The position numbers and the translations under genes are program-made. Positions 1 through 10,824 of a stretch of 64,000 bases of DNA are shown here, piece by piece. The notes beneath the pieces are model-generated. The model saw nothing but the letters and a program-made list of their open reading frames with translations. It made no database searches and was not told the origin of the DNA. Positions within the stretch are counted from its first letter, which is position 1; every line of letters starts with the position of its first letter. Origin of the DNA: a bacterium (GTDB lineage Bacteria; Oederibacteriota; PGYV01; Palsa-1178); contig JBAXIL010000002.1 in NCBI GenBank assembly GCA_037138355.1, positions 3,728 to 67,727 of the forward strand. The letters run 5' to 3'.

Positions 1-379
1 TAGCAATTACCCCATTGTGCAGCCTGCAATCTTCAGGATTAATTTCTGGTATTACTAAAGGAACTCCTTCATCCATTCTAAAAGCAGAAGAATTGTCTAT
101 CATTAGTGCTTTTGCCTCAAGTATATCCTTTACAAACATCTTAGAAATAGAAGCCCCTGCTGAAGCAAGAACTATATCAACACCTTTAAACGAGTTATTA
201 TCTAACAACTCAACTTTTAAAGTTCTTCCCTGATACTTCATTTCTTTTCCAACTGAACGCTCTGAAGCAAGAAGTTTTAGATTTTTTACCGGAAACTTTC
301 TTTGCTCGAGAATATCAAGCATGACTTCTCCAACTGCTCCAGTCGCTCCCATAATTGCAACATTATATTCCTTCTTCAT
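1..379 (-). CDS. asd: aspartate-semialdehyde dehydrogenase, N-terminal portion (gene continues beyond window start)
   Basis: Minus-strand translation from the ATG at 377-379 reads [42 protein letters not shown]..., a typical Asd N-terminal Rossmann motif. An AAGGAG RBS lies upstream and the frame is still open at position 1. It is absent from the ORF track because no stop codon falls inside the window. Confidence 0.8.
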   Translation of the reverse strand, partial: MKKEYNVAIMGATGAVGEVMLDILEQRKFPVKNLKLLASERSVGKEMKYQGRTLKVELLDNNSFKGVDIVLASAGASISKMFVKDILEAKALMIDNSSAFRMDEGVPLVIPEINPEDCRLHNGVIA

Positions 380-420
380 AAAAATTACTCCTTATCTATA
401 TTTTTGATTGCTAATGATAT

Positions 421-1488
421 TTATTTTACTAACCCTGCTACAAAATCACCCATTTCCTTTGTTCCCATACCCATTCTGCCAGCCGACATAGACTGTATTT
501 TTCCTGACGAAAGTGCAGCAGTTACTGCATCATCAATAGATTTTCCAATTACAGTCTCACCTAAGGTATCCATCATCATAGCCGCTGCATTTATCGCTGC
601 CAAAGGATTAATTACATTTTTGCCTGTATATTTAGGAGCTGAACCACCAATAGGTTCAAACATAGAAACACCTTCAGGATTAATGTTTCCTCCTGCTGCA
701 ATTCCCATACCACCTTGTATCATTGCTCCAAGATCAGTTATGATATCACCGAAAAGATTTTCAGTAACAATAACATCAAAAAATTCTGGATTTTTTACAA
801 ACCACATTGTTGTAGCATCCACATGAGCATAGTCCTGTTTGATATCCTTAAAATCTCTGTCACCCATTTCTTTATGTGCTCTTACCCATAAATCACCAGT
901 ATGTGTCAAGACATTGCACTTGTGAACAAGTGTCAACATTTTCTTTTTATTGCGCTTGCGGGTAAGTTCATAAGCATACTTAATACATCTATCCACTTCA
1001 AATCTGGAATAAACCATAGTCTGCGTGGCTATTTCATTTGGGGTACCTTTTTTTACTACGCCACCCATTCCTGTATAAATACCACCAGAGTTTTCTCTGA
1101 TAACTACAAAATCAATATGTTCTGGACCTTTATCTCTTAATGGGGTTTCCACATTAGGATAAAGCTTAACTGGTCTTAAATTAATATATTGATCAAGAGC
1201 AAAACGCAATTTAAGCAATATACCAAGTTCAAGAATCCCTGGTTTTACATCAGGATGTCCTATGGCTCCGAGATAAATGGCATCCACTTTTTTAAATTCT
1301 TCTACTGCTGAATCAGGCAACATTTCGCCTGTCTTTAGATATCTTTCTCCTCCGAAATCATAATCCACAAAATGCATTGCTACGCCGTGCTTTTGTGCCG
1401 CGACTTTTAAAACTTTAATACCTTCTGCTGCTACTTCTGGGCCAGTACCATCTCCGCCCATAACTGCGATGTTGTAAGTCTTACTCAT
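421..1488 (-). CDS. leuB: 3-isopropylmalate dehydrogenase
   Basis: 355 aa with N-terminus [19 protein letters not shown] and isocitrate/isopropylmalate dehydrogenase family motifs. GGAGG RBS. It is the last gene of the ilv-leu operon. Confidence 0.93.
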   Translation of the reverse strand: MSKTYNIAVMGGDGTGPEVAAEGIKVLKVAAQKHGVAMHFVDYDFGGERYLKTGEMLPDSAVEEFKKVDAIYLGAIGHPDVKPGILELGILLKLRFALDQYINLRPVKLYPNVETPLRDKGPEHIDFVVIRENSGGIYTGMGGVVKKGTPNEIATQTMVYSRFEVDRCIKYAYELTRKRNKKKMLTLVHKCNVLTHTGDLWVRAHKEMGDRDFKDIKQDYAHVDATTMWFVKNPEFFDVIVTENLFGDIITDLGAMIQGGMGIAAGGNINPEGVSMFEPIGGSAPKYTGKNVINPLAAINAAAMMMDTLGETVIGKSIDDAVTAALSSGKIQSMSAGRMGMGTKEMGDFVAGLVK

Positions 1489-1580
1489 AAAACCTCCAAG
1501 TTTTTAGCCAGTTCAATTTTAGCACAGGGAAAAACACCCACAGCCAAGTAGATTCCAGCTTGATATATTAATAATAAAAA

Positions 1581-2078
1581 CTATTTTATATTAAACTTTG
1601 CTTTACCGTATGCTATCAAACCACCTGCAGCAACAAGCTCCTGCATGAAGTCTGGAATAGGTTTTACTTTATATGTTTCATGCTTAGTATTGTTTTTAAT
1701 TATGCCATTATCAGCATCAATTTCTACCACATCACCTTCGGCAATTTTAGCAGAAGCTTCTTCTGACTCAAATATTGGAAGACCTATATTAAAAGAGTTT
1801 CTATAAAATATTCTCGCAAAATCTTTTGCTATGACACAAGATACTCCAGCTGCTTTAATAGCAACAGGTGCGTGTTCGCGGGACGAACCACATCCAAAGT
1901 TTTTTCCCGCAACCATAATATCACCCTTACCAACTTTATCAGCAAATGTTTTATCAGCGTCTTCCATACAATGTTTTGCCAGTTCTGCTGGATCTGATGT
2001 ATTTAAATACCTTGCAGGTATAATTAAATCGGTATCAACATCATTACCGAACTTCCATACTTTACCTGTAAATTTCAT
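1581..2078 (-). CDS. leuD: 3-isopropylmalate dehydratase small subunit
   Basis: 165 aa with [25 protein letters not shown], the LeuD/aconitase swivel-domain signature. It lies directly downstream of leuC. Confidence 0.92.
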   Translation of the reverse strand: MKFTGKVWKFGNDVDTDLIIPARYLNTSDPAELAKHCMEDADKTFADKVGKGDIMVAGKNFGCGSSREHAPVAIKAAGVSCVIAKDFARIFYRNSFNIGLPIFESEEASAKIAEGDVVEIDADNGIIKNNTKHETYKVKPIPDFMQELVAAGGLIAYGKAKFNIK

Positions 2079-2182
2079 ATCTTACCTCCATGTTTTTGCC
2101 TTCATTGCTTCATCGTTGAGAAACTTGCATCTCTTAATGACAACCCATACAACTAAGAACTGTAAACTTCAAACTTTAATAT

Positions 2183-3448
2183 CTATTTTTTAAGATCGTC
2201 AGGCGTTCCTATGCGACCTAAAATCGCACTTGCTGCAGCTACTGCTGGACTTGACAAATATACTGACGATTCCGTATGTCCCATTCTGCCTACAAAATTT
2301 CTGTTTGTCGTGGATATTGCTACTTCACCTTTGGCAAGTATTCCCATATGCCCGCCCAAACAAGGTCCACATGTAGGCATAGAAAATACTGCTCCTGATT
2401 TCATAAATATCTCAACTAACCCTTCTTTAATGGCCTGTGTGTAAATATCTCTTGTTCCAGGAAAAATCAAACAACGAACTCTGGAATTCACTTTTTTTCC
2501 TTTTAATATTTTTGCAGTAATTCTTAAATCTTCCATTCTTCCATTTGTACATGAACCTATTACTGACTGATCGATTGACACTTTACCAAGCTTAGATACT
2601 GCCTTCGTATTTTCTGGTAAGCTCGGACATGAAACAATTGGTTCTATTTTCGAACAATCATATTCAATTACTTTTTCATACTTTGCATCCTTATCGCTGG
2701 TATAAACTTTCCATTTATGTTCAGCGCGTGACTTTACATAGTCCATAGTTGTTTTGTCAGGATTCATAAGCCCAACTTTTCCACCAGCTTCTATTGCCAT
2801 GTTTGACATAGTGAGTCTGGCATCCATAGACATCTTATCTATTACTGGTCCTGTAAACTCCATTGCTTTGTATAAAGCACCATCTACTCCAATATCTCCT
2901 ATAGTATAAAGAATAAGATCTTTTGAACTTACCCACTTATTCAGTTTTCCTTTATATACAAACTTAATTGAAGTTGGAACTTTGAACCATGCCTTGCCTG
3001 TCATCATAGCAAAAGCTGCATCAGTAGAACCTACTCCTGTAGCAAATGCACCCAATGCACCATAAGTACAAGTATGTGAATCGGCTCCAATTACTAAATC
3101 TCCTGGGACTACAACTCCTTTTTCAGGAAGTAATGCATGCTCTATACCAACTTCACCTTGATCATAATAGTGTGTTAATTTTTGTTCGTGTGCAAAATCA
3201 CGGAGTATCTTTGCCTGCTCTGCTGATTTAATATCTTTATTTGGTGTAAAATGATCTGGCACAAGAGCCACTTTGGTTTTATCCCAAACTTTTGTCGCTC
3301 CTGATGATTTAAACTCTCTAATAGCAATTGGTGCAGTTATATCATTCGCCAAAACCATATCTACATTGGCTATAATAAGTTCACCAGGTTCAACCTGTTT
3401 TCTTCCACTTTTAGCTGCCAAAATCTTTTCGGCTATATTCATACCCAA
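2183..3448 (-). CDS. leuC: 3-isopropylmalate dehydratase large subunit
   Basis: 421 aa in the aconitase family. Cys-containing cluster-ligand motifs (SCTNGR, MPTCGPC) are present. Operon context. Confidence 0.93.
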   Translation of the reverse strand: MGMNIAEKILAAKSGRKQVEPGELIIANVDMVLANDITAPIAIREFKSSGATKVWDKTKVALVPDHFTPNKDIKSAEQAKILRDFAHEQKLTHYYDQGEVGIEHALLPEKGVVVPGDLVIGADSHTCTYGALGAFATGVGSTDAAFAMMTGKAWFKVPTSIKFVYKGKLNKWVSSKDLILYTIGDIGVDGALYKAMEFTGPVIDKMSMDARLTMSNMAIEAGGKVGLMNPDKTTMDYVKSRAEHKWKVYTSDKDAKYEKVIEYDCSKIEPIVSCPSLPENTKAVSKLGKVSIDQSVIGSCTNGRMEDLRITAKILKGKKVNSRVRCLIFPGTRDIYTQAIKEGLVEIFMKSGAVFSMPTCGPCLGGHMGILAKGEVAISTTNRNFVGRMGHTESSVYLSSPAVAAASAILGRIGTPDDLKK

Positions 3449-3472
3449 GATAAAACCTCCATAAAATTAAAG

Positions 3473-4993
3473 TTATTTCTTTTCCATTGCCTCAAACTTT
3501 CCAATTGCATTTAAGTAAGCCTTCGCACTTGCTTCAATAATGTCTGTCGAAACTCCGCGTGCAGTTATTTCTTTATTTCCTTTTTTAACTCTTATGGTCA
3601 CTTCCCCCTGCGCTTCTTCACCTTTGGTAATCGACTTTATCTGATAATCTACAAGCTTAAGGTCGGCTTTTACAATAGCATTAATTGCTTTGTATGTTGC
3701 ATCCACTGGACCATCACCAGTAGAGGCCTGAGTATATGTCTTTTCTGCTTTGATTATCTCTACAGTTGCAGTTGGTATTATTTTATTTCCAGTAGCTGAA
3801 TAAATTGATTTGAGCTGATAAGTATCCTTACCTTTTCTGCCCTCGCCTTCCATCATAGCTATTAAATCTTCATCAAATACTTCTTTCTTTTTATCAGCAA
3901 TCTGAAGGAATTTCGGATAAATAACGCCCGTCATTTCAGCATCTGTTACTTTAAATCCAAGATCCGCTAATCTATGTGTTATCGCATGTCTTCCAGAACG
4001 ACTGGTTAATATCAACTCATGACCTGGTATGCCTATTGACTTCGGCGTCATAATTCCAAAAGTCGATTCGTCTTTTAATATAGCATCCTGATGTATTCCT
4101 GAAGCATGAGCAAAAGCATTTGCGCCCACGACAGATTTATTTGCCTGCACTGACATACCCGTCAAGCGCGAAACCATTTTTGAAGTTTTATAAATTTCTT
4201 CTGTTTTTATATTTGTATCAAATCCATAAACATCTATTCTGGTTTTCAAGGACATAACTATTTCTTCCAAAGCCGCATTTCCTGCTCTCTCTCCCAAACC
4301 ATTTATAGTACATTCTATCTGCCTCGCCCCATTTTTAACAGCGGCAAGAGAATTAGCTGTTGCCATACCCAAATCATTATGACAATGAACCGCTATCACT
4401 GCTTTGTTTATATTTGGAACAGTATTCTTAAGTCTTTTTATTAAATCCCCAAACTCTTCTGGAGTTGTATAACCAACAGAATCAGGTATATCTACAGTTG
4501 TTGCTCCAGCCTTTATGGTTTCTTCAATAACTCTGCAAAGATAATCGAAACCAGTACGCGTAGCATCCATAGCAGAAAACTCTACATCATCACAAAAAGT
4601 TCTTGCATATTTGACGGCTTCAACTGCACGCCTTAATACTTCTTCGTTTGTAGTTCTTGTAATAAACTTTACATGTTGTGGAGAAGTTCCAATAAAAGTA
4701 TGAATTCTTGGTCTTTTGGCAGGTTTTAATGCAATAACACAAGCATCTATATCTTTTTTAATGGCTCTACACAAAGCAGCTATAATAGGTTTTTTTACAG
4801 CTCTGGAAATTTCCTGAACTGATTCCAAATCACCTGGCGAAGATGCAGGAAAGCCACCTTCTATCATATCTACATTTAAACATTCCAACTGTTTAGCAAT
4901 TTCAAGCTTCTCAGCTTTAGTAAGTGAAGCGCCAGGAACCTGCTCTCCATCTCTCAAAGTAGTGTCAAAAATAAATATCTTTTCATTTTTCAT
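3473..4993 (-). CDS. leuA: 2-isopropylmalate synthase
   Basis: 506 aa with MKNEKIFIFDTTLRDGEQ, an HMGL-like TIM barrel and a C-terminal LeuA dimerisation/regulatory domain. Confidence 0.93.
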   Translation of the reverse strand: MKNEKIFIFDTTLRDGEQVPGASLTKAEKLEIAKQLECLNVDMIEGGFPASSPGDLESVQEISRAVKKPIIAALCRAIKKDIDACVIALKPAKRPRIHTFIGTSPQHVKFITRTTNEEVLRRAVEAVKYARTFCDDVEFSAMDATRTGFDYLCRVIEETIKAGATTVDIPDSVGYTTPEEFGDLIKRLKNTVPNINKAVIAVHCHNDLGMATANSLAAVKNGARQIECTINGLGERAGNAALEEIVMSLKTRIDVYGFDTNIKTEEIYKTSKMVSRLTGMSVQANKSVVGANAFAHASGIHQDAILKDESTFGIMTPKSIGIPGHELILTSRSGRHAITHRLADLGFKVTDAEMTGVIYPKFLQIADKKKEVFDEDLIAMMEGEGRKGKDTYQLKSIYSATGNKIIPTATVEIIKAEKTYTQASTGDGPVDATYKAINAIVKADLKLVDYQIKSITKGEEAQGEVTIRVKKGNKEITARGVSTDIIEASAKAYLNAIGKFEAMEKK

Positions 4994-5085
4994 AAGTCAC
5001 CGCCTTCGATATCACTTCTAATTCCTACATTGTTGTAATGGCTGGACTTTACTAACCAAGTCGAGCCACTACAAAAAGTAGGTCT

Positions 5086-5111
5086 CAGGACCCGGGTTTC
5101 CCCGGATCCTG
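5086..5111 (-). terminator. GC-rich intercistronic hairpin between ilvC and leuA; candidate internal attenuator or RNA-stability element
   Basis: In mRNA sense CAGGAUCCGGG-GAAA-CCCGGGUCCUG: an 11-bp stem with one G·U pair and a GNRA tetraloop. It is followed 9 nt later by CUUUUUG, then the leuA RBS. The U-tract is short and displaced, so it is not a canonical intrinsic terminator. Confidence 0.35.
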
Positions 5112-5129
5112 ATTCCACATATTAATTAC

Positions 5130-6200
5130 TTATTTCTTTTTTCCTTTTTTTGCAACTTTCTTTGCTGTCTTTACTTTTGCTGGAGCTACTTTTACATCTG
5201 CTTCTTTTTTCTCATTTAACCAAGGCATCATCTTGCGTAAAGCTTTGCCTGTTACTTCTATCGGGTGATTTAAATCAGCCCTCAAAAGTGCGTTAAACTT
5301 AGGTTTATTTGCCTGATTTTCAAGTATCCATTCTGTAGCAAATGTTCCATCCTGAATTTCAGTTAAAATCTTTTTCATTTCTTTTTTTGTTTCTGCTGTA
5401 ACGAGTCTTGGTCCGCGTGTTACATCTCCGTATTTTGCTGTATCTGAAACAGAGAAACGCATTCCAGCAATACCATTCTCATACATTAAATCAACAATGA
5501 GCTTGAGCTCATGAAGAACTTCAAAATAAGCCATTTCTGGTTGATAACCTGCTTCTACGAGAGTTTCAAAACCGGCTTTTACAAGTGCGCTTGTTCCGCC
5601 GCAAAGTACTGCCTGCTCTCCAAAAAGATCTGTTTCTGTTTCTTCAACAAATGTTGTTTCGATAATTCCCATTTTACCTGCGCCCATTCCTTTAGCATAT
5701 GCGAGCGCAATATCTTTTGCTTTGCCTGAAGCATCTTGATGAACTGCTATCAATGATGGTACTCCTCTGCCCTGTTCAAACTGTCTACGAACCATATGTC
5801 CTGGACCTTTAGGAGCAATCATTATTACATCCACATCCTTAGGCGGAACTATCTGTCCATAATGAATGTTAAAACCGTGCGCAAAAGCTAATGTCTTTCC
5901 TTTCTTCATGCTATCTTTTACATAATTTTTGTAAATGATTGCCTGAAGTGCATCTGGAACAAGCATCATAACAATATCTGCTTCCTCCGCAACTTCTTTT
6001 GCTGTAAAAACTTTAAATCCTGCTGCGACTGCATTTTCATAGTTCTTAGTACCTTCAAGTTCACTTACAATAACTTCTACTCCTGAATCCCTCAAATTCT
6101 GTGAGTGCGCGTGCCCTTGCGAACCAAAACCGATGATACCAACTTTCTTTCCTTTCAATACTGCCAAATTCGCGTCCTTGTCGTAATAAATCTTAATCAT
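5130..6200 (-). CDS. ilvC: ketol-acid reductoisomerase (class I) with a Lys/Ala-rich C-terminal extension
   Basis: 356 aa with [40 protein letters not shown]. The core ends near ...MMPWL and is followed by [28 protein letters not shown]. Confidence 0.93.
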   Translation of the reverse strand: MIKIYYDKDANLAVLKGKKVGIIGFGSQGHAHSQNLRDSGVEVIVSELEGTKNYENAVAAGFKVFTAKEVAEEADIVMMLVPDALQAIIYKNYVKDSMKKGKTLAFAHGFNIHYGQIVPPKDVDVIMIAPKGPGHMVRRQFEQGRGVPSLIAVHQDASGKAKDIALAYAKGMGAGKMGIIETTFVEETETDLFGEQAVLCGGTSALVKAGFETLVEAGYQPEMAYFEVLHELKLIVDLMYENGIAGMRFSVSDTAKYGDVTRGPRLVTAETKKEMKKILTEIQDGTFATEWILENQANKPKFNALLRADLNHPIEVTGKALRKMMPWLNEKKEADVKVAPAKVKTAKKVAKKGKKK

Positions 6201-6715
6201 TTACTTTCTCCTTTCAAATCAAGTTTTTTAGTTTTCTTTGCCCGTGTAAGGGCGATTGTTCCTGTTCTAACCATTTCTTTGATACCAAAACTTTCAGCCA
6301 TATCTACAAAACCACTAATTTTTTCGTCGTTTCCTGTTACTTCGATAGTAAATGTTTCATTAGAAACATCTAATACCTTTGCTCTAAAAAGATTAACAAC
6401 TGTCATCAATTCTTCCTTGGTCCTGCCAGCCACATTTATTTTAACAAGTGCAAGTTCTCTTTCTATACATTTTTCCTCTGACATATCCACAACTTTAATA
6501 ACATCTATAAGCTTATTTAATTGCTTAATAATTTGTTCAAGTACTAATTCGTCTCCGCGAGCCACTATGGTCATTCTCGACATGGTCTCATCTTCTGTTT
6601 CCCCAACAGCTAAGCTTATAATATTAAAAGCTCTTCCAGAAAATAATCCCGCAACTCTTGCCAGAACTCCTGGCTGATTTTCTACAGTCACTGCTATTAT
6701 CTTTGTCTGTTCCAT
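6197..6715 (-). CDS. ilvN: acetolactate synthase small (regulatory) subunit
   Basis: 172 aa with [35 protein letters not shown], the ACT-domain signature. AAGGAG RBS. It overlaps the ilvC start by 4 nt. Confidence 0.9.
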   Translation of the reverse strand: MEQTKIIAVTVENQPGVLARVAGLFSGRAFNIISLAVGETEDETMSRMTIVARGDELVLEQIIKQLNKLIDVIKVVDMSEEKCIERELALVKINVAGRTKEELMTVVNLFRAKVLDVSNETFTIEVTGNDEKISGFVDMAESFGIKEMVRTGTIALTRAKKTKKLDLKGESK

Positions 6716-6764
6716 AAGAATCTCCTTTAAAACAAGTTTTGAGTTTCAAGTTTTAAGTTTCAAG

Positions 6765-6887
6765 ATTTATTTATCTCAAAACTTCAAACTGCTTTTATCT
6801 TCAAACTGCTTTTATCTTAAAACTACTTTTATCTTAAAACTACTTTTATCTTAAAACTGCCTTTATCTTAAAACTGCTTTTAAGCCA
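6765..6887. repeat. 17-bp direct tandem repeat, about 7 copies (plus-strand consensus AAACTGCTTTTATCTTA), filling the ilvB-ilvN intercistronic spacer
   Basis: Unit boundaries were read at 6786, 6803, 6820, 6837, 6854 and 6871, with a degenerate copy at 6769-6785. Variants are TGC/TAC/TGCC. The last unit overlaps the ilvB stop codon at 6880-6882. A second short repeat (GTTTCAAGTTTTAA-like, period about 10) sits at 6733-6765. Confidence 0.9.
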
Positions 6888-8556
6888 AACCACCATCTAT
6901 CATTGAATGCAAGGCGGCACCTGTCGGAACCATAGGCCAAACATTTTCTTCTCTTGATGTAATAAAATCCATTATTACCAAACCCTTATGAGCAAAAGCT
7001 TCTTTCAAGGTTTTTTCAACATCAGCTTTTTTCGTTATTCTAAATCCTTTTGCCCCATACGCTTCTGCAAGTTTTACAAAATCAACACTGTTTTCAATAA
7101 GTGTTGAAGAGTAGCGTTTCTCAAAAAATAATTCCTGCCACTGTCTCACCATACCAAGCCAACCATTATTTAAAATAACTATTTTTACAGGATAATTATA
7201 TTTAACTGCTGTAGCCAGTTCTTGTATATTCATTTGTATGGAACCATCTCCAGCAATATCAATAACCAGCTTGCCAGGATTTCCGGCTTGCGCGCCTATG
7301 GCTGCAGGTAAACCATAACCCATAGTTCCCAATCCACCTGAAGTCAAAAATGTTCTCGGTTTCTTAAACTTCGAAAACTGAGCCGCCCACATTTGATGTT
7401 GTCCCACTTCAGTCGTGATTATCGCTTCACCTTTAGTGAGCTCGGCTATTTTTTCTATAACAAACTGTGGTTTTATTTCAGTATCAGAATCTTTGTAAGT
7501 TAGCGGAAACTCTTTTGCCCAATCGGTTGTCTGCTTTACCCAAGACTTGTGCTCTAATTTTTTTATCTGAGTAGTCATCTCTTTTAAGATATTCTTTGCA
7601 TCACCCACAACAGGTAAATCTACTCTTATTATTTTAGATATAGAAGTAGGATCTATATCTATGTGCAATATTTTTGCATGTGGAGCAAAATCAGCAACTT
7701 TACCAGTCACCCTGTCATCAAAACGCGCGCCCACCGCTATCAATAAATCAGCTTCCTGAACTGCGTAATTTGCACAACGAGTACCATGCATGCCCAACAT
7801 TCCCATATTTAATTTATGTACAGTAGGAAAAGCATCCATAGCCATTAAAGTTGTAGTAACAGGAATCTCTGTCTTCTCAGCAAATTTTAACAGTTCTTCT
7901 GTGGCGCCAGATAATACAACCCCACCACCTACATACAAGACAGGTCTTTCGGCTTTTTCTACCATATTTACAGCTTTTTTTATCTGAAGTTTATTTCCTT
8001 CGTAAGTCGGCTTATATCCACGCAAATTTGGTTCTGTAGGATATGTTGTAAAATCCATAATTCCCGTCAAAATATCTTTTGGAAGATCAACTAAAACTGG
8101 ACCTGGCTTACCAGTGGACGCTATGTGAAAAGCATTTTTTATTGTCTGAGCCAATTCTTTAATATCCTTCACTATATAATTATGTTTTACTATAGGTCTT
8201 GTTATACCTGTAATATCAGCTTCCTGAAAAGCATCATTTCCAATAAGAGAAGTTGCCACCTGTCCTGTTAAAGCCACCATAGGAATAGAATCCATGTAAG
8301 CAGTCGCTATACCAGTCACCAAATTTGTAGCTCCAGGTCCTGAAGTTGCCAAACATACTCCCACCTTGCCTGTAGAACGCGCATAACCATCAGCCATGTG
8401 TGCTGCACCTTGCTCATGCCTTACAAGAATTAAATCAATTGCCTTTTCAGAATATAAAGCATCAAAAAGTGGAAGAACAACTCCGCCTGGATATCCAAAT
8501 ATAGTATCCACGCCTTCCTTTTTTAAACACTCAAGTAATATTTGTGAGCCATTCAT
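6880..8556 (-). CDS. ilvB: acetolactate synthase large (catalytic) subunit
   Basis: 558 aa with [35 protein letters not shown]. ThDP-binding motif GDGS...NN and FAD-binding region are present. Confidence 0.93.
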   Translation of the reverse strand: MNGSQILLECLKKEGVDTIFGYPGGVVLPLFDALYSEKAIDLILVRHEQGAAHMADGYARSTGKVGVCLATSGPGATNLVTGIATAYMDSIPMVALTGQVATSLIGNDAFQEADITGITRPIVKHNYIVKDIKELAQTIKNAFHIASTGKPGPVLVDLPKDILTGIMDFTTYPTEPNLRGYKPTYEGNKLQIKKAVNMVEKAERPVLYVGGGVVLSGATEELLKFAEKTEIPVTTTLMAMDAFPTVHKLNMGMLGMHGTRCANYAVQEADLLIAVGARFDDRVTGKVADFAPHAKILHIDIDPTSISKIIRVDLPVVGDAKNILKEMTTQIKKLEHKSWVKQTTDWAKEFPLTYKDSDTEIKPQFVIEKIAELTKGEAIITTEVGQHQMWAAQFSKFKKPRTFLTSGGLGTMGYGLPAAIGAQAGNPGKLVIDIAGDGSIQMNIQELATAVKYNYPVKIVILNNGWLGMVRQWQELFFEKRYSSTLIENSVDFVKLAEAYGAKGFRITKKADVEKTLKEAFAHKGLVIMDFITSREENVWPMVPTGAALHSMIDGGLA

Positions 8557-8609
8557 ATAATTCTCCTTTAATTTTAATTTAAAATATTTATTCGCAATTA
8601 AAACTGCGA

Positions 8610-10286
8610 CTATTTTTTAAAAATTGCTCCCGTAGAAGCGGATGTTACCATTTGTGAATATCTGTAAAGCACGCCGGACTTTACTTTTGGCTCTGGTTGT
8701 TTCCACTCTGACTTTCTTTTTTTCATTTCTTCGGCAGATACCAATAAATTAATCGACCGTGCCTTTATATCTATTGCTATAGTGTCGCCTTCGCGAACCA
8801 ATCCTATAGGACCACCTTCCATGGCTTCAGGTGATATATGTCCAATAGCTGCGCCTCTTGTGCCGCCTGAAAATCTGCCGTCTGTGATTAATGCCACATC
8901 TTTATCCAAGCCCATACCAGCAATTGCTGCAGTTGGAGCAAGCATTTCTCTCATGCCAGGTCCACCTTTTGGGCCTTCATATATAATAACCACGACATCA
9001 CCGGCCTTGATTTTTTTACCAAGAATTGCTTTTTGCGCATCTTCTTCAGATGTAAAAACCCTTGCCCTAACCTCCCTTTTCATCATCTCAGGCGCAACAG
9101 CTGATTGTTTTACAACAGCGCCCTCGGGAGCAATATTACCAAAAAGTATAGCCAGTCCGCCTTGCTGTGAATATGCGGTTTCCGCAGTTCTTATAATATC
9201 AGTATTATCATTTTCTGCATCTTTAATAATTTGCTTAATTGTTCCAGCAACTGTTTTTACATCAGTGTGTAGCAATTTCTTTTTCGAAAGTTCTTTCATT
9301 AATGCTGGTATGCCACCTGCTTCATTTAAATCAGAAATAAAATATTGTCTTCCGTCTGGAAGTTTTGCTGGTGACAACTTACAAAGATTCGGCGTTCTGG
9401 CTGATATCTCATTTATTGTTTTAAGTTCAAACTTTACTCCTGCTTCATCTGCTATTGCAGGTATATGAAGCACAGTATTTGTCGAGCCACCTAAAGCCAC
9501 ATCAACTGTTATGGCATTTTCAAATGCCTTTGCATTCATTATGTCGCGCGGTTTTAAATCATCTTTTACAAGCTGCATTATCTGCATACCAGCATTTTTT
9601 GCCAATCTTAAACGCTCAGAATAAACTGCAGGTATAGTACCATTTCCAGGCAGTGCCATTCCGAGTGCCTCGGTTATACAGTTCATAGTATTAGCAGTGA
9701 ACATGCCTGCACAAGAACCACAGGTAGGACAGCTTGCATTTTCGATTTTCAATAATGTCTTTTGGTCAAGCTTTCCGTTTGTGTATTCTCCCACAGCTTC
9801 AAAGCCGCCTGATATCAAATCATAATTTTTCCCATGATATTTACCCGCGAGCATTGCGCCGCCACTAATAAAAATAGAAGGCACATTTACTCTCGCTGCT
9901 GCCATGAGCATTCCTGGTACAACTTTATCACAATTAGGGATAAATACTAAACCATCAAAAGGATATGCATTCGCCATAATTTCTACGCCGTCTGCTATAA
10001 GTTCGCGCGATACAAGTGAATATTTCATTCCAGCGTGTCCCATAGCAATGCCATCACACACTCCTATAGAAGGAAATTCCATTGGTGTTCCGCCAGCCAT
10101 TCTGATACCGTCTTTTACTGCCTGTGCTATGGTGTTCAAATGTATATGACCAGGAATAACTTCATTAAATGAATTTACAACTCCAATTATAGGTCTTTTC
10201 AACTCTTCATCAGTATATCCAATAGCTTTAAATAATGCCCTATGCGGCGTTCTTTCTATACCTTTTTTCATTGCGTCTGATCTCAT
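8610..10286 (-). CDS. ilvD: dihydroxy-acid dehydratase
   Basis: The ILVD/EDD family signature begins at [24 protein letters not shown]... The track ORF extends 46 codons further upstream into the leader, which is read-through. The start was set at the ATG at 10284-10286, which has a GGTGA RBS. Cys cluster ligands ([10 protein letters not shown]) are present. Confidence 0.92.
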   Translation of the reverse strand: MRSDAMKKGIERTPHRALFKAIGYTDEELKRPIIGVVNSFNEVIPGHIHLNTIAQAVKDGIRMAGGTPMEFPSIGVCDGIAMGHAGMKYSLVSRELIADGVEIMANAYPFDGLVFIPNCDKVVPGMLMAAARVNVPSIFISGGAMLAGKYHGKNYDLISGGFEAVGEYTNGKLDQKTLLKIENASCPTCGSCAGMFTANTMNCITEALGMALPGNGTIPAVYSERLRLAKNAGMQIMQLVKDDLKPRDIMNAKAFENAITVDVALGGSTNTVLHIPAIADEAGVKFELKTINEISARTPNLCKLSPAKLPDGRQYFISDLNEAGGIPALMKELSKKKLLHTDVKTVAGTIKQIIKDAENDNTDIIRTAETAYSQQGGLAILFGNIAPEGAVVKQSAVAPEMMKREVRARVFTSEEDAQKAILGKKIKAGDVVVIIYEGPKGGPGMREMLAPTAAIAGMGLDKDVALITDGRFSGGTRGAAIGHISPEAMEGGPIGLVREGDTIAIDIKARSINLLVSAEEMKKRKSEWKQPEPKVKSGVLYRYSQMVTSASTGAIFKK

Positions 10287-10445
10287 GTTTTCACCTATAC
10301 CTTTTAATTTGATATTACATCTATCTTTGTCAAATGTTTCAAGACCAAATAGACAATAAACAGAAAACTCAAATAAACATAAACAAAATGTTTCTATAAA
10401 GATAAAACACAAAGAGTATAACAAAAATAATACTTCGCTTCAATC

Positions 10446-10475
10446 AAAAAAGCCCTAAACTATGGCTGTTTTTTC
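10446..10475 (-). terminator. rho-independent terminator-like hairpin in the ilvD 5' leader (candidate attenuator terminator)
   Basis: In mRNA sense AAAAAACAGCC-AUAGUUUAG-GGCUUUUUU: a 4-5 bp GC core extended by an A6/U6 stem and a U-tract. It lies about 160 nt upstream of the ilvD ATG and about 200 nt downstream of the leader ORF stop. Confidence 0.5.
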
Positions 10476-10683
10476 TGTTGCGCATTATAAAACCCTATAT
10501 TTTTAAGGCATATTTTCGCTTAAATATTAAGTAAAACTATCGGTCATTTTATCACTAATTTTTGCTATTTTATTACCAATATTAACAAAAACAAATAATT
10601 ATTGATATACCTATCACGGCGCTTGAAACCTTGTATTTGGGGTTTATTTCTTGAATTCCCGGGTTTCTGCGCCGTGTCCAGCT

Positions 10684-10800
10684 TTATGCTAGGACAACGA
10701 CAAGAAGCCCAGTAAGTAAAAGGACTACTACTGGAAGTACAAATGCGGATATAATAATGTTTGTGTATGTTTTTGTAAACTTTCTGTAATTGTTTGCCAT
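10684..10800 (-). CDS. 38-aa branched-chain-rich small ORF; candidate ilv-leu leader peptide (alternatively a small membrane peptide)
   Basis: Not in the ORF track because it is under 60 aa. AAGGAGG lies 7 nt before the ATG. Translation is MANNYRKFTKTYTNIIISAFVLPVVVLLLTGLLVVVLA; 17 of 38 residues are I/V/L, in runs III, VVVLLL and LLVVVL. It sits immediately downstream of a near-consensus promoter and upstream of ilvD. Confidence 0.5.
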   Translation of the reverse strand: MANNYRKFTKTYTNIIISAFVLPVVVLLLTGLLVVVLA

Positions 10801-10824
10801 TTTTATATCCTCCTTTGTGTTAAA

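Noticed and set aside
302-826. Plus-strand ORFs in the track that lie antisense to asd, leuB, ilvC, ilvD, dctP, the hldA/hldC genes, valS and others (for example 302-826, 6105-6677, 8782-9468, 23690-24148, 41257-41715)
   Set aside because: Each is fully embedded opposite a well-supported housekeeping gene and has no RBS or family resemblance. These are typical shadow ORFs in an AT-rich genome.
4994-5129. Promoter-less gap as evidence that leuA-leuB form a separate operon
   Set aside because: No convincing -35/-10 pair was found in the 136-bp spacer. The hairpin is more simply an intra-operon structure, so I treat the eight genes as one unit with possible internal attenuation.
6765-6887. CRISPR array
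   Set aside because: The repeats are only 17 bp and directly head-to-tail with no spacers. No cas genes are present in the window.
10287-10424. N-terminal 46-codon extension of the ilvD track ORF ([14 protein letters not shown]...)
   Set aside because: It is in-frame read-through of the untranslated leader. The conserved IlvD N-terminus begins at MRSDAMKKG, which has its own RBS, and the extension crosses the leader terminator hairpin.
10444-10485. 13-codon ORF (MRNRKNSHSLGLF) overlapping the leader terminator hairpin
   Set aside because: It has only a weak AGGG Shine-Dalgarno and no enrichment for regulatory amino acids. It is probably fortuitous, though translation through the terminator arm cannot be excluded.
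10287-10683. T-box riboswitch in the ilvD leader and in the ilvC-leuA spacer (4994-5129)
   Set aside because: I searched both leaders by eye for the conserved T-box sequence AGGGUGGNACCGCG and a specifier-loop architecture and found neither. The leader-peptide model fits better.
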